DNA of 64,000 nucleotides, taken from the NCBI GenBank assembly GCA_963920595.1, contig OY986948.1, positions 5,456,001 to 5,520,000 of the forward strand, given 5' to 3'. Below the pieces are notes generated by a model. That model was not told the origin of the DNA. It made no database searches and worked only from the letters and a program-made list of their open reading frames with translations. Below are positions 1 to 14,600 of the stretch, one piece after another (the first letter of the stretch is position 1; every line of letters starts with the position of its first letter). The DNA comes from Eimeria praecox (Eukaryota). Both the position numbers and the translations under genes were made by a program.

Positions 1-1200
1 TTAGCCGCAGCGTCATGTGCACGGCTCGCTTGTAGGCATTGCTGCGTTACAGGCTGCCTGACGACAGTCATGGATGCGTGTGCGCTTGCTTGCAGATGCT
101 TGCATCTAGTTGCAGTGTAGCTGGATGTCTCCCTTCATCAGGTTTATGCGTGCTGTTCCTTTGTTTCTACAGGAGCAGACGGTTTGGGTTCGCTGCATGC
201 ATTTTCGGGAAACAACCCAGCATTAAAAGGTATGCCAGTGGATTTGTGTGGCAGAGTATGTGTAGTGCAATGCGTGGCAGGCAGGAACAACGACTATGCG
301 GTGGCTTGTGCCAAGGGTGCAGTCGCGTCGGCGATCAGCGTGGTTCCGTATGAAGGCAGCGTTTTGTGGAGGACGAGAATAGCGGAATGCGGCCTACTTT
401 TGAGCGTCTCCAAAACAGTAACAATGTGATCTATAAGGGAAAGTAGTGCCTGTAGCTCACTGTGTAGCTATTGGATAACTGAAAAGAGAGCGGGACTTAT
501 CGCGCAGTCAGGCGCCTCTGGTTAGGCGGTATACATTAGGCTAGTTTGTGTTCAGGGTAGGTGCAATTTGTGAATGTGCCGCTTCATGCGTTTTTAAGGG
601 CTTCGTCGCATGCTAAGGACTTGGCATCACTCCAACATAGTATACAGAGGCAAACGCGAAGTGGGCGGTCGGCCTGCGGGAGCCCGATGGCTCCCGAACA
701 ACTTGGACTTTCTGGATTAGCGTTGGCCTTCCAGTAATGAGCGATTCGACAAGGCCGGAATCTGCACTCACGTGCTTCGTTTTGTTGTTGGTTTTAAGTT
801 TGGGCTTGGATAACTAATTACGTTTAGCCACTGCCCATCAACAGTAGGAATGTACGTAGTATTTGGCTGGTATCTAGAAGGCCAACGTGCATAAGCAGCA
901 CAGCGTACTGCAGCTGGTGTGAACGTCTTCGGATGCGGGGTGAGGAATCCTCCAGTGGTGTTAAGCTCTCTCGGCGGTCTTCCCTGCAAGCTTGCACTTA
1001 GGAGCAGAGTCATGCGCACGGTGTCAGTGTGGAGAATGCTTCGTTTCAGGCTGTCTGACGGTGGACTTCGGCGTGGATTGGCGTGCATGCAGTTCTGTGG
1101 AGCTCCAGCGTGAGGAGAATTGCCAACTCCGTCTGCCGCATCGGCTTCTGCGTTTCGTATGTTGGATCGGGTTGTTTTGATACGCACTGTACGTTTACGA

Positions 1201-2900
1201 GATAGGTTTACAAATTGCAAACGTGTTAGTGAGCTGTTGGTGCAGCTTATGCTCAGCGCAGCATGTCGTGGGAGAAACCAGTGACTAGTCGGCTGCTTGC
1301 ACTAAGAGTTCAGGAGCGTTGGCGATCATGCGTGGTTATCGATGATGGCAGCGGTCTTGTGGAAGACGGGAATAGCTGCCTGTAGGCCGCAGACCATAGT
1401 GCAACCAACGCGAATTGCGTGAATTTGCAAGGCGTTTACAGAGAAGCATACGGGGTCAGGAGCTCATTGCGCAGCTACTGCTTAACACAAAGGAACGCAG
1501 AATTATCAGGGCAGGTTAATGCTGTGACATGGCAAGATTTGTGAAGCTGCTTTGTGTTTGCAGTAGGTGCTACGCATGCACGGACGTCGAATTAGCAGGG
1601 CAGGAGAATGCTGCGACTTGGCAAGATTTGTGAAGCTGCTTTGTGTTTGCAGTAGGTGGCACGTGTGCGTGCGCCGCTCATTCTTGTTGGAGCTTGGCAT
1701 TTCCAAGCAAAGTGTGGATTCCACTGCATTATCCTTAGGATTGAAGAAGGAGAAGCTGACCCCTCGTTTGCAAGGAAATGGTGTCTCCAATGCGTGTTGA
1801 ATGTTTGCGGATATCGTTGACTTTCTCAGAGCAAGCGATTTGACAAGGTCGCCCCGTGCAGCCAGTTGTCTAGGTTTGCTGTTGGCATTGGTCTTGGACT
1901 TAGTTCACATGCCCTCGTTGCTCTCGTGTTTATTTGCTGGTGTACGTGTAGGCAGTAATAATATCGGCAAGAGCTATAAGATTGGCCTGTGTGAGCATAG
2001 TGAGGGTATGCAGCTTGTGTGCATGCGTGCGCGGGAGTTGTGTGAAAAGCCTTCTCTTGCTAGGCAGCTCTCTGTTTTGCGCAGCAAGTAAGCATGTTTG
2101 AGCAACGCCACCTGCTGAAGCACGGTTATGGGTGGGATCGCCCTCAATGCTACCTGGTGGTAGGTGTGTATGCGTACGTGCGTGATTGGAGATTTTTGCA
2201 AATGCAGTGTAAGACGTAGAAGCACTACTTTATTAACTTGTAACGGGCTTCGGTATCTGCTGGGTTGGGATAGGTCAATGCACGATGTGGGCTTGCGAAG
2301 AAGCGCCTGGCCTTACGAATGGTATCAGCGAATTGCTGAGGCAGTATCCGCGCAGGGCAATAGGTTGTGGGAGGGAGCGGGGACTGCGCGGTGGCTTATG
2401 TCAAGGGTTTAGTAGGACTGGCTATTCGTCCAGTTATGCTTGTTGGTATTTGTTTTGCGGATGACTAAGGTAGCGGATACGGGCGGGGCGCGGCAGACAG
2501 AGCGACCGCCAGGAGTCGTTGTTGGCGCCTGTGCAGACGAACGCGGAGCCAGTAGTTCATTCTGCAGCTATTGGGTAGCCGAAAAGAAGGCGGACCGTAC
2601 TCTTCAGGCGCTGGCGTCTGGATTGGCGAGGTTGGTATCGCTGGTTTGGGTTTTGAGTTGTTCACCTTGGAGTTGCTTCATTCAGTTTTGTTGGAATCGA
2701 GTTTTTAATGACAGCCTTGCAGCGGCCTTCCACCGTGGTAGGCAAAAGCAAACGGAAAGCAGCCCCTTGACCTGCGCGCACGTGGTTTGTTACAAACCTC
2801 TTGAACGTCTTGTGGTATACTTGGTTACTCAACAACAGGCAATTCGGCAAGGACACCCCATGCAATCAGCATCGCTTTACATTTGATACTGGGCTTGGGC
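1201..2900 (+). repeat. Recent ~1.7 kb segmental duplication, copy 1 (partner 3290-4956)
   Basis: GATAGGTTTACAA..TGCAAACGTGTTAGTGAGCTG occurs at 1201 and 3290. ORFs 1506-1790 and 3599-3883 translate identically (offset 2093). Similarity ends after CTTTACATTTGATACTGGG. Confidence 0.93.
1501..1677 (+). repeat. 89-bp-period internal tandem duplication (2 copies)
   Basis: TGGCAAGATTTGTGAAGCTGCTTTGTGTTTGCAGTAGGTG is present exactly at 1530 and 1619, and the flanks AATTA(T/G)CAGGGCAGG match at 1501 and 1590. Confidence 0.9.
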
Positions 2901-3289
2901 TTGGCTGGCATGACGTCATTGGAGCAAGTTGCCTTTGACGGTTCTTTCGTACCCTGGGTTTGACTGGCAGCCAAAGCACCTCCAGGTATGCGCATCCTGG
3001 TGTTATGCAGTCTGTGTGCGTTCGTCTGCGAATGCGGTATGCCGCAGCCTCCTGTGGTGTTACGGTATCTCGCTGATGTTGCCAGCAAGTATGCACTTAG
3101 CAGAGGACTCATCTGTGTTCCTCTCGTGTGGCCACTGTTGAGCGTCAAGCTGTCGAATGGCGGATATCATTGTGCACTGGCTTGCAGGCAATTTTCTGGA
3201 GTTGCAGAGTAAGTGATGTGATTGCTCTCTGGACTACGCGCTTCTGCTTTTCGGTTCTGCTGGATCAGCTATGCAATATCCGTTTGCCT

Positions 3290-4956
3290 GATAGGTTTAC
3301 AACTTGCAAACGTGTTAGTGAGCTGTTGATGCAGCTCATGCTCAGCGCAGCATGTCGTGGGAGAAACCAGTGACTAGTCGGCTGGTTGCACTAAGAGTTC
3401 AGGAGCGTTGGCGATCATGCGTGGTGGTTATTGATGATGGCAGCGGTTTTGTGGAAGACGGGAATAGCTGCCTGTAGGCCGCAGACGATAGTGCAACCAA
3501 CGTGAATTTGTGCGAATTTGCAAGGCGTTTACAGAGAAGCATACGGGGTCAGGAGCTCATTGCGCAGCTACTGCTTAACACAAAGGAACGCAGAATTATC
3601 AGGGCAGGTTAATGCTGTGACATGGCAAGATTTGTGAAGCTGCTTTGTGTTTGCAGTAGGTGCTACGCATGCACGGACGTCGAATTAGCAGGGCAGGAGA
3701 ATGCTGCGACTTGGCAAGATTTGTGAAGCTGCTTTGTGTTTGCAGTAGGTGGCACGTGTGCGTGCGCCGCTCATTCTTGTTGGAGCTTGGCATTTCCAAG
3801 CAAAGTGTGGATTCCACTGCATTATCCTTAGGATTGAAGAAGGAGAAGCTGACCCCTCGTTTGCAAGGAAATGGTGTCTCCAATACATGTTGAATGTTTG
3901 CGGATATCGTTGACTTTCTCAGAGCAAGCGATTTGACAAGGTCGCCCCGTGCAGCCAGTTGTCTAGGTTTGCTGTTGGCATTGGTCTTGGACTTAGTTCA
4001 CATGCCCTCGTTGGTCTCGTGTTTATTTGCTGGTGTACGTGTACGCAGTAATATCGGGAGGAGCTACAGGATTTCATTGTGTGAGCTTAGTGACGGTATG
4101 CAGCTTGTGTGCATGCGTGTGCGGGAGTCGTGTGAAAAGCTCTTTCTTGCTAGCCAGCTCTCTGTTGCGCGCAGGAAGTAAGCATGTTTGAGCAACGCCA
4201 CCTGCTGAAGCACGGTTATGGGTGGGATCGCCCTCAATGCTACCTGGAGGAAGGTGTGTATGCGTACGCGCGTGATTGGAGATTTTTGTAAATGCAGTGT
4301 AAGACGTAGAAGCACTATTTTATTAACTTGTAACGGGCTTCGGTATCTGCTGGGTTTGGATGGCTCAATGCATGATGTGGGCTTGCGAAGAAGCGCCTGG
4401 CCTTACGAATGGTATCAACGAATTGCTGAAGCAGTATCCGCGCAGGGCAATAGGTTGTGGGAGGGAGCGGGGACTGCGCGGTGGCTTATGTCAAGGGTTT
4501 AGTAGGACTGACCATTCGTCCAGTTATGTGTGTTGGTATTTGCTTTGCGGATGACTAAGTTAGCGGATACGGGCGGGACGCGGTAGACAGAGCGACCGCC
4601 AGGAGTCGTTGTTGGCGCCTGTGCAGACGAACGCGGAGCCAGTAGTTCATTCTGCAGCTATTGGGTAGCCGAAAAGAAGGCGGACCGTACTGTTCAGACG
4701 CTGGCGTCTGGCGTGGCGAGGTTGGTAACGCTGGCTTGGGTTTTGAGTTGTTCAGCTTGGAGTTGCTTCATTCAGTTTTGTTGGAATCGAGTTTTTAATG
4801 ACAGCGTTGCGGCGGCATTTCACCGTGGTAGGCGAAAGCAGAGGGAAAGCAGCCCCTTGACCTGGGTGCGTTATACTTGGTTACTCAACAACAGGCAATT
4901 CGGCAAGGACAACTCATGCAATCTGCATCGCTTTACATTTGATACTGGGTTTGGAC
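3290..4956 (+). repeat. Recent ~1.7 kb segmental duplication, copy 2
   Basis: Near-identical to 1201-2900 with an offset of 2089-2093. A ~34-bp deletion after AGCCCCTTGACCTG (4851) drops the offset to 2056. Confidence 0.93.
3594..3770 (+). repeat. Second occurrence of the 89-bp-period tandem duplication, carried by the 1.7 kb duplication
   Basis: Same doubled GGCAAGATTTGTGAAGCTGCTTTGTGTTTGCAGTAGGTG block, offset 2093 from 1501-1677. Confidence 0.9.
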
Positions 4957-7900
4957 TTTGTTTGCTTGCCGTGATTCGAATCTACTGCCTTTCCCAACAT
5001 TAAAGCCTGGGGTGTTGTGCAGTATGGGAGAGAACTAGCGTGTTTTGAGACTGCGTTGCTTCTCCACACGTGCATACAAAATCCCCCTGGCGGAGCCTTG
5101 TCTGAGATTGCGATAGCGCATTGCTATGTTAAGCTAGTATGGACTTCGTGGCAAGGTCATTGGCTCGGCGGGGGTAGGGATACTGTTGCGTTTCAGGAAT
5201 TTTCCTGACAGGAGTGGGTGTGTATGTGCATGCCTGCAGACTTTAGGAATCCCACTGTGGGAACTGAGAACTGGTTTTGCTGTATTCGTGCTTGGCTTTG
5301 GTGCTCTACTAGGAGAGGGTGTTTCAGTGCGCGATAGCGTTTGCGATGCAGACGTTGTTAGTCTGGCATGATACACGATGTCACGGAAGTGGTGAGATAT
5401 CAAATATGCAGCGCAATAGGTGGTAGAAGGAATTAACAGCTCTTCTTCAGCGTTTTGTATCATTGGCGACTATCCCGGTTGTGCGTGATGGCCGGTGTTG
5501 TGCGGGTAGTAGGCCTAGCAAGGTCATCACTCTCACTCATTGGCTCGTTTTTGTTGGGGTCAAAGTTGGTTTTGCTTCTGTGAGTGCTCTTCACTTATAG
5601 CTATTCTCGTGAGGTGCTTTAGTAAGGGGCATGCTTTTATGGAATAACGTCTCACTTCCCATGCTATTTCAGGGAAGGCTTAAGTCAATGGATGTGCAAC
5701 GCAATACGTGGTAGAAGAAAGCAACAACCACGAGGTAATTGGCGCCCAATGGTTAGTAGCGTTGGTGACCACTGAGGGTGTGCATGGTTGTATATGTTTT
5801 GCCTAAGGCGGGAATAACGAACTACACACGGAGGCAGAAAGCTCAACTAGCACGAATTTTGTAACGGCACGTGGCACTGGCATGAAAGAACGAGGGAACC
5901 GTAGCCCATCATGCGGCTGTTAGGTAATACGAAAGAAAATCGGGCTCGTAGTACAAACAGCTGTTTGCGGCTTGGCCTTGTTGCATATGCTGTTTTGCCT
6001 TCTTAGTCGCTTCAACCTATTACCGGGTCCGTCATATTATTTTGTGCTAGCCACCCCGCGACAACGTGCTGGCGACACGAGGGCACGATCCAACGCTCCC
6101 GGGCGTATGTGGTTGATCTCTCTTCTTCGCCTCGAACGGGTTCAACTCTTTTTTGCTTTTCTAACAGAGAAAGATTCCATGAGGATGCCGCACTTAGCCA
6201 ACCGCACCCTCTGGTTGCAGCTGAGCTTGGGCTTTGTTCGCATGCTGTGCTGCCAATCAATTATGTCTGCCAAACGGCGTGTACCTAGGATTTGGCGGGG
6301 GGCTAGAGGGCCTGCATGGGTGAGCATCGCTCGCTTAACACCTTTGCGCACTGGCATCTGCGGAAGCCCTGTGTCGATCCCTTCTCTTCCGTTGTAACTG
6401 CGTGCTGTTTGACCAGACAGTATGACCCTGATGTGCTCCCAATGTTGTGTAGGTGCGAAGCGTTTAGCGGAATGAACACTTTGTAGGGCCTCTGAAGAAC
6501 CTGAAGAAAAATTAATCATGTTGCTGCAGTCATGCGTACTGTTACGTTTGAGTCTGTCTGACTTTAAGCGTGAATGCGCATGTGCATGCATACCGATTTG
6601 TGGAGTTGTGGTGTAGGGAGAAGTGGGCGTTACTTTTGCCGCAACTCTCCTCTGATTTCTGGTCCCGGGGATGCGAAGTGAGTTGGCAAAGCAGATTGTC
6701 GCCAATCTAATGAACGGGCATGGCAGAATACTTCGCCACCCAGAACGTGGTAGGAGAAAGTACCGGCTTTGTGTCAGACGATCACTAGGGCTGGCGGCCA
6801 TCTCGGTTGTGGAGAGCAGCAATGCTTTGCGGATCGGGATTAGAGGAAGGCGGACAGCTGTCGACAGCGCGACGAACACGAAATTTGTATATCCGCATGG
6901 CGCGTGCACGAAGTGAGGCAAGAACTGTATCTCGTTGTGTAGCTCTTGCGTGATACAGACGCGTGTGTTAATAAATCGTAGCGTAGCTAGCTGCTCCTCA
7001 ACTCAGAACACAAAACGCCTTAAGTAGCGTTTTGGCTAAGGCTAGTTAAGACATTTCCCGTCCAGAGTTGATGCAATTTGCCAATGCGCCGCTTATTTTC
7101 GTACGAGCTAGCCACTGCGCAAGAGGTTGTCCGCAGCATCGCTCCATAAATTAAAGGGTTTGGTGTATATAGCATCCGTTTGCCCAGTTGCGTGATATAT
7201 CCTCGCTGTCTTGAAAAGCTCGGATTATCGTTCGTCTTTCAAGAAGGCACAGTTGGAAAAAGACACCCCATGCAGCCAGGTGCATCAGAACACATACAGA
7301 TAGTTGGCTTCGAGAGTTGCAGAGATACAAAACGCTTAGACGATCGAACATTCTGGAGTCGGAAACGCTCAAAGGGAAGTCATCATCGGTGCACTGTTGT
7401 GGCTACTATGATGCTTCAGCTAGTATGGTAGCAGGCATGAATGAATGTGTGCGCGCAGGCGTGTGGGTGTAGAGCGTGAGGAATGCTTTTGCCTCAGCCG
7501 CTCTCTTCTGAGTCTTGCACTGGGGCGCTTGCTGGGATGCCAAGATATGCTTTCCAGACAGAATCTGACATTACAATTAACAGCGAATGTAGGAGGTGGT
7601 ATGTGCACAGCACAAGACGTGGTTGGATGAAGAGGCGATGTGTGAAGATTTGTGTCAAATGTAGTAGCATTGGAGACCAGCCCATTTATCCACGCTGGTC
7701 GTCGTTAGGCTGAGGACAGCAATGATGAAGCGTATGCCTTAGGCGATGCTGCATCCAGCGCGAGTTTTATAAATCCGCATGGGGCTTCGGAAAAGAACTA
7801 GGAGCCCCCGGCTGATTGTGCACCTATTAGGTATCCCAAACGAAGCCGCAAACCGCAGCTTAGGCCAACGTTTCTGGTTTCGTGAAAGTAGCTAAACTGT

Positions 7901-10900
7901 TTTGTACGTATGATTTTGTTATTCGCTTCCGTCCGAGTTCGGTATCTCACCGCAAGATGCTGATTTGCACTGCAGCGTATAATGTCGAGGCAAAAGCCAG
8001 ACAGGCCGTCGGTCTTCAGGCACATGGGGTCTTGCTTTCGAACGCGTTGAGCATGTTCAGTTATCATTGGTCACCTCAAAGCGAGCGACTCGGTACGGAA
8101 GCCCCATGCAGCCAGCTGCAGCGTTTTGCAGTCTATACTAAGCTTGAAGGCGGGATGCTTGCAACGCTTAAACCCAGTTTTGTCTACCGGTACGAGTATG
8201 GGCAGTATTTGGCTGAGTAACAGCTGGCTGGCAAGGTGATAGTCGAGGATGGTTTCTGTGCGCGTGCCAGAGGTCGACGCATACCGACGCCTTCCCTGGT
8301 GGGGCCATTGCGCGCTGTTTTCGCCAGAGAGTATGGACACTATTAGTTGCCGTAGTTGCGGGGATGTGCAGCGCTTAGCACCTCTACCAGGTTGGAGCAC
8401 ATCAGGGGCCCTTGAAGCATAAGTCAGGTTTTAGGGGATATTCTATGGGAATTGGTACTTTTCAGCTTGTATGCGAGGAAGCATGGACCCGTATATGCGC
8501 GCTTGCAAAGTTGTAACCGTGCGGTGTGGCGGGGTGCACGAGCTTGTTTTGCTTTTACTAACCTCGTCTTTGGCTTTTACCGAGGCGGCGTGTTTCGATA
8601 GGTGATACGAGGGAGCCACGCAGAGGGTGACATCAACCGCATCACTGAATTGGTGAGCTAATAAGCGTGCAGTGCGGCAGGTCGTAGAAAGAAGCAGCGA
8701 TACAGTGATTTGCTAAGTGCTGGATGTTGCCCCCCCAAATAGGTATTCCCAGCATCTCGCAGAACGACTACCGCGGTGCATCGCTAAGCCTTCATGGTCC
8801 TTACACAAGTACTGGCCATGCCAGTAGTGCATTGTCTAGCTACTGGATAGCACAACAGAAACACAAGAACTTAATGCAGGCGAATGGCTTTGGCATGGCA
8901 AGATTTGTGAAACTAGGCTGCAATCGGATTTGGTGCAGTGCATGAATAGGCCTGGGCTCGATACAGCACTGCGAAGTGTTGGCAGTGCTGCAGCATACCA
9001 TGCAAAGCGAAGCGGGAAGTAGGCCATTGGCCTGCAAAATCGTGGCCCTTTTCAGAGGCGTAGAGCATTTTCGATAATCGCTGGTCTAACAAGAAGAAAC
9101 GACTCGATAAGGGCGCCCCTTGCAGCCAGTTGCACCGTGCTGCAGTCGCTTGGCCCTGGTTTTCTTGCCGTTGCGTATATGCAGTATTTGGCGGGGGTGA
9201 CGGATGACCTTCAAGTGCGATAATCGAGGGGTTATCTGGTTTCTGTGCGTTTGTCTCAGATTAAAGTGTAACGAGGCCTTGTCGTGCGGTACCATTGTGT
9301 GCTGGTTTCGCCAGAGAGTACGCGCATCAGTAGCTACCATTTTAGCGGATATTCGAAGCACTCAGCAACTCAAACATTTTGGGAAAGAGCCTGCACCGGA
9401 AACAAAGCCTTTTTGTTGGCTCGGCTGTGGGTACTGTGATGTCCCAGATTGTATGAAAGGAAGCATTAATGTGCATGTACAAGCTTGCAGATGCGTGCAA
9501 CTGCAAGGCGAGAAGTTGGAGCTCATTTCGCCTTCACCTTGCCTTTTTTTGCTTCGGTTTATACAGGGGCGGCGTGCTTCTGTGTGCCATACAGAATGTG
9601 GCGTTGCAAATGGCACCAGTGAATTTGTGAGGAAGCATATATGCAGCACAACACGTGGTAGGAGGAAGTGGCGACAACACGGCGTCTTGCGTCAAAGCGT
9701 TTAGTACCACAGGCGATGTGCCGGTTTATGCGTGTAGAACCGTGTAAAACAGCGAAGGGTGGGCTAAGGCAGACAGCGCGCCCTGCACGAATCGTTTGAA
9801 TCCCCATGGCGCTTGCATAGAACAACGTTGGGCCCATATCACGATCTGCAGCCACTGGGTAGCACAAAGGCGACCGGGGTTTCGATTCTCGTTTGTCCTC
9901 CGGTAAGAACAGCTTGGACAAGGACACAGCATACAGCCTCTCGCATTTCTTTGCAGGTGCTATTAGGCTGGAGCTTAGTTTGTTCGCAAATGTTGCAATC
10001 AGTCCCCTTTGCCGATAGGCTTATGTTCAGTATTTCGCAGAACTCTACTGGACATGCATGTATAAGCATTGTGATACTTTCTGCCCGAGCCACTCCACGC
10101 CCTTCGTGGAGAAACCATCTCAAGCGGTACGACTGCGCGTTGGTTCGTTCAGGAAGTATGCGTTTAGCAGGGAAAGGATCTGTTCGGAGCTGGAGTGGGT
10201 GTCGCTGTACTCCAGGTTGCCCGCTAGCAGGTGTTAATGCGTATGCGCATGTAGGCAGGTATGTGGAGGTAAAATTTTAGTAAAAGTTAGAGCTGGTTTT
10301 GTTTTAACCGCGACCCCATTTGGCTTTTACTGGGGGGATGTGCTTCCATACTCTGTATGCTTTTGGAATTTAGAGTGTGATCGTACATACGATGCCAGTC
10401 AATTTGTGAGACAGTCTGTGCGGAGGTTAATGGGTAGAATGGGGGAGAAACTATTAGCGGTGATTTCTTCAAGCATTTAATAGACCTGGCAATCATCTGG
10501 GTCATCTGTGAAGGCAGGTATTCTGCCGAAGGCAAGAAATTGTGAAGCTTGGGCAGAAACCGACAGCACTGCCGCGAACAGCTGCGGTATGCAGCATCCG
10601 TTTGTGAGACGAAATCTGGCATTACTAACAAAATCAGTGCATTGACGAGTAAGTAAATGCACAGCACAATAGATGGCTTTAAAGACAGAAATGGCAAAGT
10701 GCGGACAGTTGTAAACAGCAACAGCATTCTAAGGCACGGCCTACGTGAGTTGTGTAACTCCGCATGGCGCTTGAGCAAAACGTGGCGAGTACCTGATTTC
10801 CTCGTACAAATATCAGGCACCACAGCAAGAAGCGGGCCCGTGCTGCAGGGGAATATGTATGGTTTGTCAAAATTGGGTCAGCTAGTCTGTGATCTGCGGA

Positions 10901-11621
10901 GGCACATCGTGTCGATTTGCGGATGATTTCTTTTTGAACTGCATACCTCCAGCGAAATTGCTTATTCCTCCAGACCCCAATAGGCAGAGGCATACAGAAA
11001 GCAGTTCCGTTTTATAGGCGCGCGTGGTGGAGATTTTCGTTTGTCCCTGGTCTCCCTCCAGGATCTGACTCGATAAGGACCCCCCACGCAACTACGCGCA
11101 TCGTTATGCAGTTGATCTGAGGCTAGGCGTGGCTTGGTTGCCATGGTTAGCATTTGCTTGGTCTTCTGGAGGGCATGGATGCCGTATTTGGAGGAGAGCT
11201 CGGGTACTTCCCGCCGTGAGCATCGTGCGGGTATGCAATTTGTATGCGCGCAATTACGAATGCTGCATGGCAAAGCCTTTTCTGGCATACCCATCGCTCG
11301 CTGGCTTCCCCAGGATGTATGCACTAAGCCGCGAAGGTACTTCCGGGGCGCAGGTATGGGTACGGTTCATGTATAAGCATGTGCCTGCGTGAAGGGGTGT
11401 GCAGTAGCAGTTTCAGGAGGGTTGAGGACGGGTTTTGGTGTGCCAGTGCCTTTCCTTGTGGTTTACTACTAGGCCGGGTGCTCCGACGGACGATATGCGT
11501 TTGCGAGGCAGAACTTGACATTGCTTGTGATGCCAGTGCACTATTGAGGCAGCATGGAAGAGGGAGAGTACTTGTTTGAAAGAAACAGCAGCTCGCACTG
11601 ATTTGTTTTCGGCTTTTAGCG

Positions 11622-14600
11622 GGACCGGTGATCATTGTGGCTGTATTTGCTTGCGGTTGTTCAGCGGAGGACGCGAACAGCGATAGATGAGCCGCTTCCG
11701 ATAAGGCGGCGGAAACGAGCTCTGTAAACCCTGATGGCGCTTCCATGAAGGCGCGCGAAGTTAGCGGCTCGTGGTGGAGATGTTGGCTAACAGAGAAGAG
11801 AATGGACCTCGTAGTGCACATGGGTGTTGTTTCCGCAGCGACATTAGCAATGCTCCTTGTGTGTGCGGATGAATGCGCTGTTGATATGCTTTGGGGCAAG
11901 CCTTGTAGAGAGACAAGGTATTTCTAGTACCTTTCTGTCAGCTTTGGAGGCAAGCGTGATACAGCGCAAACTAGTTCACGTGCGTGGTACAGCTTCGCCG
12001 GCTTGAAGAGTTCTTATTCTGGTTGGACTTCAAAAGGTACGCGGTTCGACAATGACGGGCCATGCAACAAGCTGCATCATCTTGCATTGGTATTTGGCTT
12101 TAGATTGATTTGCCTACGCTGGTTGAAATTCGCTGCGTGTGCTAATAGGGCTATACATCAAGTTAGGCAGAGCGCTAAGGGACGTACTTGGGTAAGCATT
12201 GTGAAGGCTTGTCGTTCGTATGCGCTCGGCAAGGCGCACCGCGAGACGAGGCCTTCTCTGGCGTTAGGAGCCCCTGTGATTTTGCCCAGGATGTACGCGC
12301 TTAGTAACGAAGCCAATTCCTTAGTGACCATATGGGTGCTATTATATTCCAGCCTACCTGCGAGCATGCATGCACGTGAATATGGACCGGTGATCATTCT
12401 GGTTGTATTTGCTTGCGGTAGTTCTGCGGAGGACGCGAACAGCGATGGATGGGCCGCTTCCGATAAGGCGGCGAAAACGAGCTCTGTAAACCCTGATGGC
12501 GCTTCCATGAAGGCGCGCGAAGTTAGCGGCTCGTGGTGGAGATGTTGGCTAACAGAGAAGAGAATGGACCTCGTAGTGTACATGGGTGTTGTTTCCGCAG
12601 CGACATTAGCAATGCTCCTTGTGTGTGCGGATGAATGCGCTGTTGTTATGCTTTGGGACAAGCCTTGTAGAGAGACAAGGTATTTCTAGTACCTTTCTGT
12701 CAGCTTTGGAGGCAAGCGTGATACAGCGCAAACTAGTTCACGTGCGTGGTACAGCTTCGCCGGCTTGAAGAGTTCTTATTCTGGTTGGACTTCAAAAGGT
12801 ACGCGGTTCGACAATGACGGGCCACGCAACCAGCTGCATCATCTTGCATTGGTATTTGGCTTTAGATTGATTTGCGTACGCTGGTTGAAATTCGCTGCGT
12901 GTGCTAACAGGGCTATACATCAAGTTAGGCGGAGCGCTAAGGGACGTACTTGGTTAAGCATTGTGAAGGCTTGTCGTTCGTATGCGCTCGGCGAGGCGCA
13001 CCGCGAGACGAGGCCTTCTCTGGCGTTAGGAGCCCCTGTGATTTTGCCCAGGATGTACGCGCTTAGTAACGAAGCCAATTCCTTAGTGACCATATGGGTG
13101 CTATTATATTCCAGCCTACCTGCGAGCATGCATGCACGTGAATATGGACCGGTGATCATTCTGGTTGTATTTGCTTGCGGTAGTTCTGCGGAGGACGCGA
13201 ACAGCGATGGATGGGCCGCTTCCGATAAGGCGGCGAAAACGAGCTCTGTAAACCCTGATGGCGCTTCCATGAAGGCGCGCGAAGTTAGCGGCTCGTGGTG
13301 GAGATGTTGGCTAACAGAGAAGAGAATGGACCTCGTAGTGTACATGGGTGTTGTTTCCGCAGCGACATTAGCAATGCTCCTTGTGTGTGCGGATGAATGC
13401 GCTGTTGTTATGCTTTGGGACAAGCCTTGTAGAGAGACAAGGTATTTCTAGTACCTTTCTGTCAGCTTTGGAGGCAAGCGTGATACAGCGCAAACTAGTT
13501 CACGTGCGTGGTACAGCTTCGCCGGCTTGAAGAGTTCTTATTCTGGTTGGACTTCAAAAGGTACGCGGTTCGACAATGACGGGCCACGCAACCAGCTGCA
13601 TCATCTTGCATTGGTATTTGGCTTTAGATTGATTTGCGTACGCTGGTTGAAATTCGCTGCGTGTGCTAACAGGGCTATACATCAAGTTAGGCGGAGCGCT
13701 AAGGGACGTACTTGGTTAAGCATTGTGAAGGCTTGTCGTTCGTATGCGCTCGGCGAGGCGCACCGCGAGACGAGGCCTTCTCTGGCGTTAGGAGCCCCTG
13801 TGATTTTGCCCAGGATGTACGCGCTTAGTAACGAAGCCAATTCCTTAGTGACCATATGGGTGCTATTATATTCCAGCCTACCTGCGAGCATGCATGCACG
13901 TGAATATGGACCGGTGATCATTCTGGTTGTATTTGCTTGCGGTAGTTCTGCGGAGGACGCGAACAGCGATGGATGGGCCGCTTCCGATAAGGCGGCGAAA
14001 ACGAGCTCTGTAAACCCTGATGGCGCTTCCATGAAGGCGCGCGAAGTTAGCGGCTCGTGGTGGAGATGTTGGCTAACAGAGAAGAGAATGGACCTTGTAG
14101 TGCACATGGGTGTTGTTTCCGCAGCGACATTAGCAATGCTCCTTGTGTGTGCGGATGAATGCGCTGTTGTTATGCTTTGGGACAAGCCTTGTAGAGAGAC
14201 AAGGTATTTCTAGTACCTTTCTGTCAGCTTTGGAGGCAGGCGTGGTACAGCGCAAACTAGTTCACGTGCGTGGTACAGCTTCGCCGGCTTGAAGAGTTCT
14301 TATTCTGGTTGGACTTCAAAAGGTACGCGGTTCGACAATGACGGCCCACGCAACCAGCTGCATCATCTTGCATTGGTATTTGGCTTTATATTGATTTGCC
14401 TACGCTGGTTGAAATTCGCTGCGTGTGCTAATAGGGCTATACATCAAGTTAGGCGGAGCGCTAAGGGACGTACTTGGGTAAGCATTGTGAAGGCTTGTCG
14501 TTCGTATGCGCTCGGCAAGGCGCACCGCGAGACGAGGCCTTCTCTGGCGTTAGGAGCCCCTGTGATTTTGCCCAGGATGTACGCGCTTAGTAACGAAGCC

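Noticed and set aside
1530..1658. 40-bp direct repeat with a 49-bp gap as a CRISPR repeat-spacer unit
   Set aside because: There are only two copies, similarity extends into the gap (an 89-bp tandem duplication), and no cas genes are present.
6142..6921. Longest listed ORF (259 aa, minus strand) as a gene
   Set aside because: It has a non-ATG start and no recognisable domain. It is simply the antisense reading of one monomer whose sister copies are full of stops.
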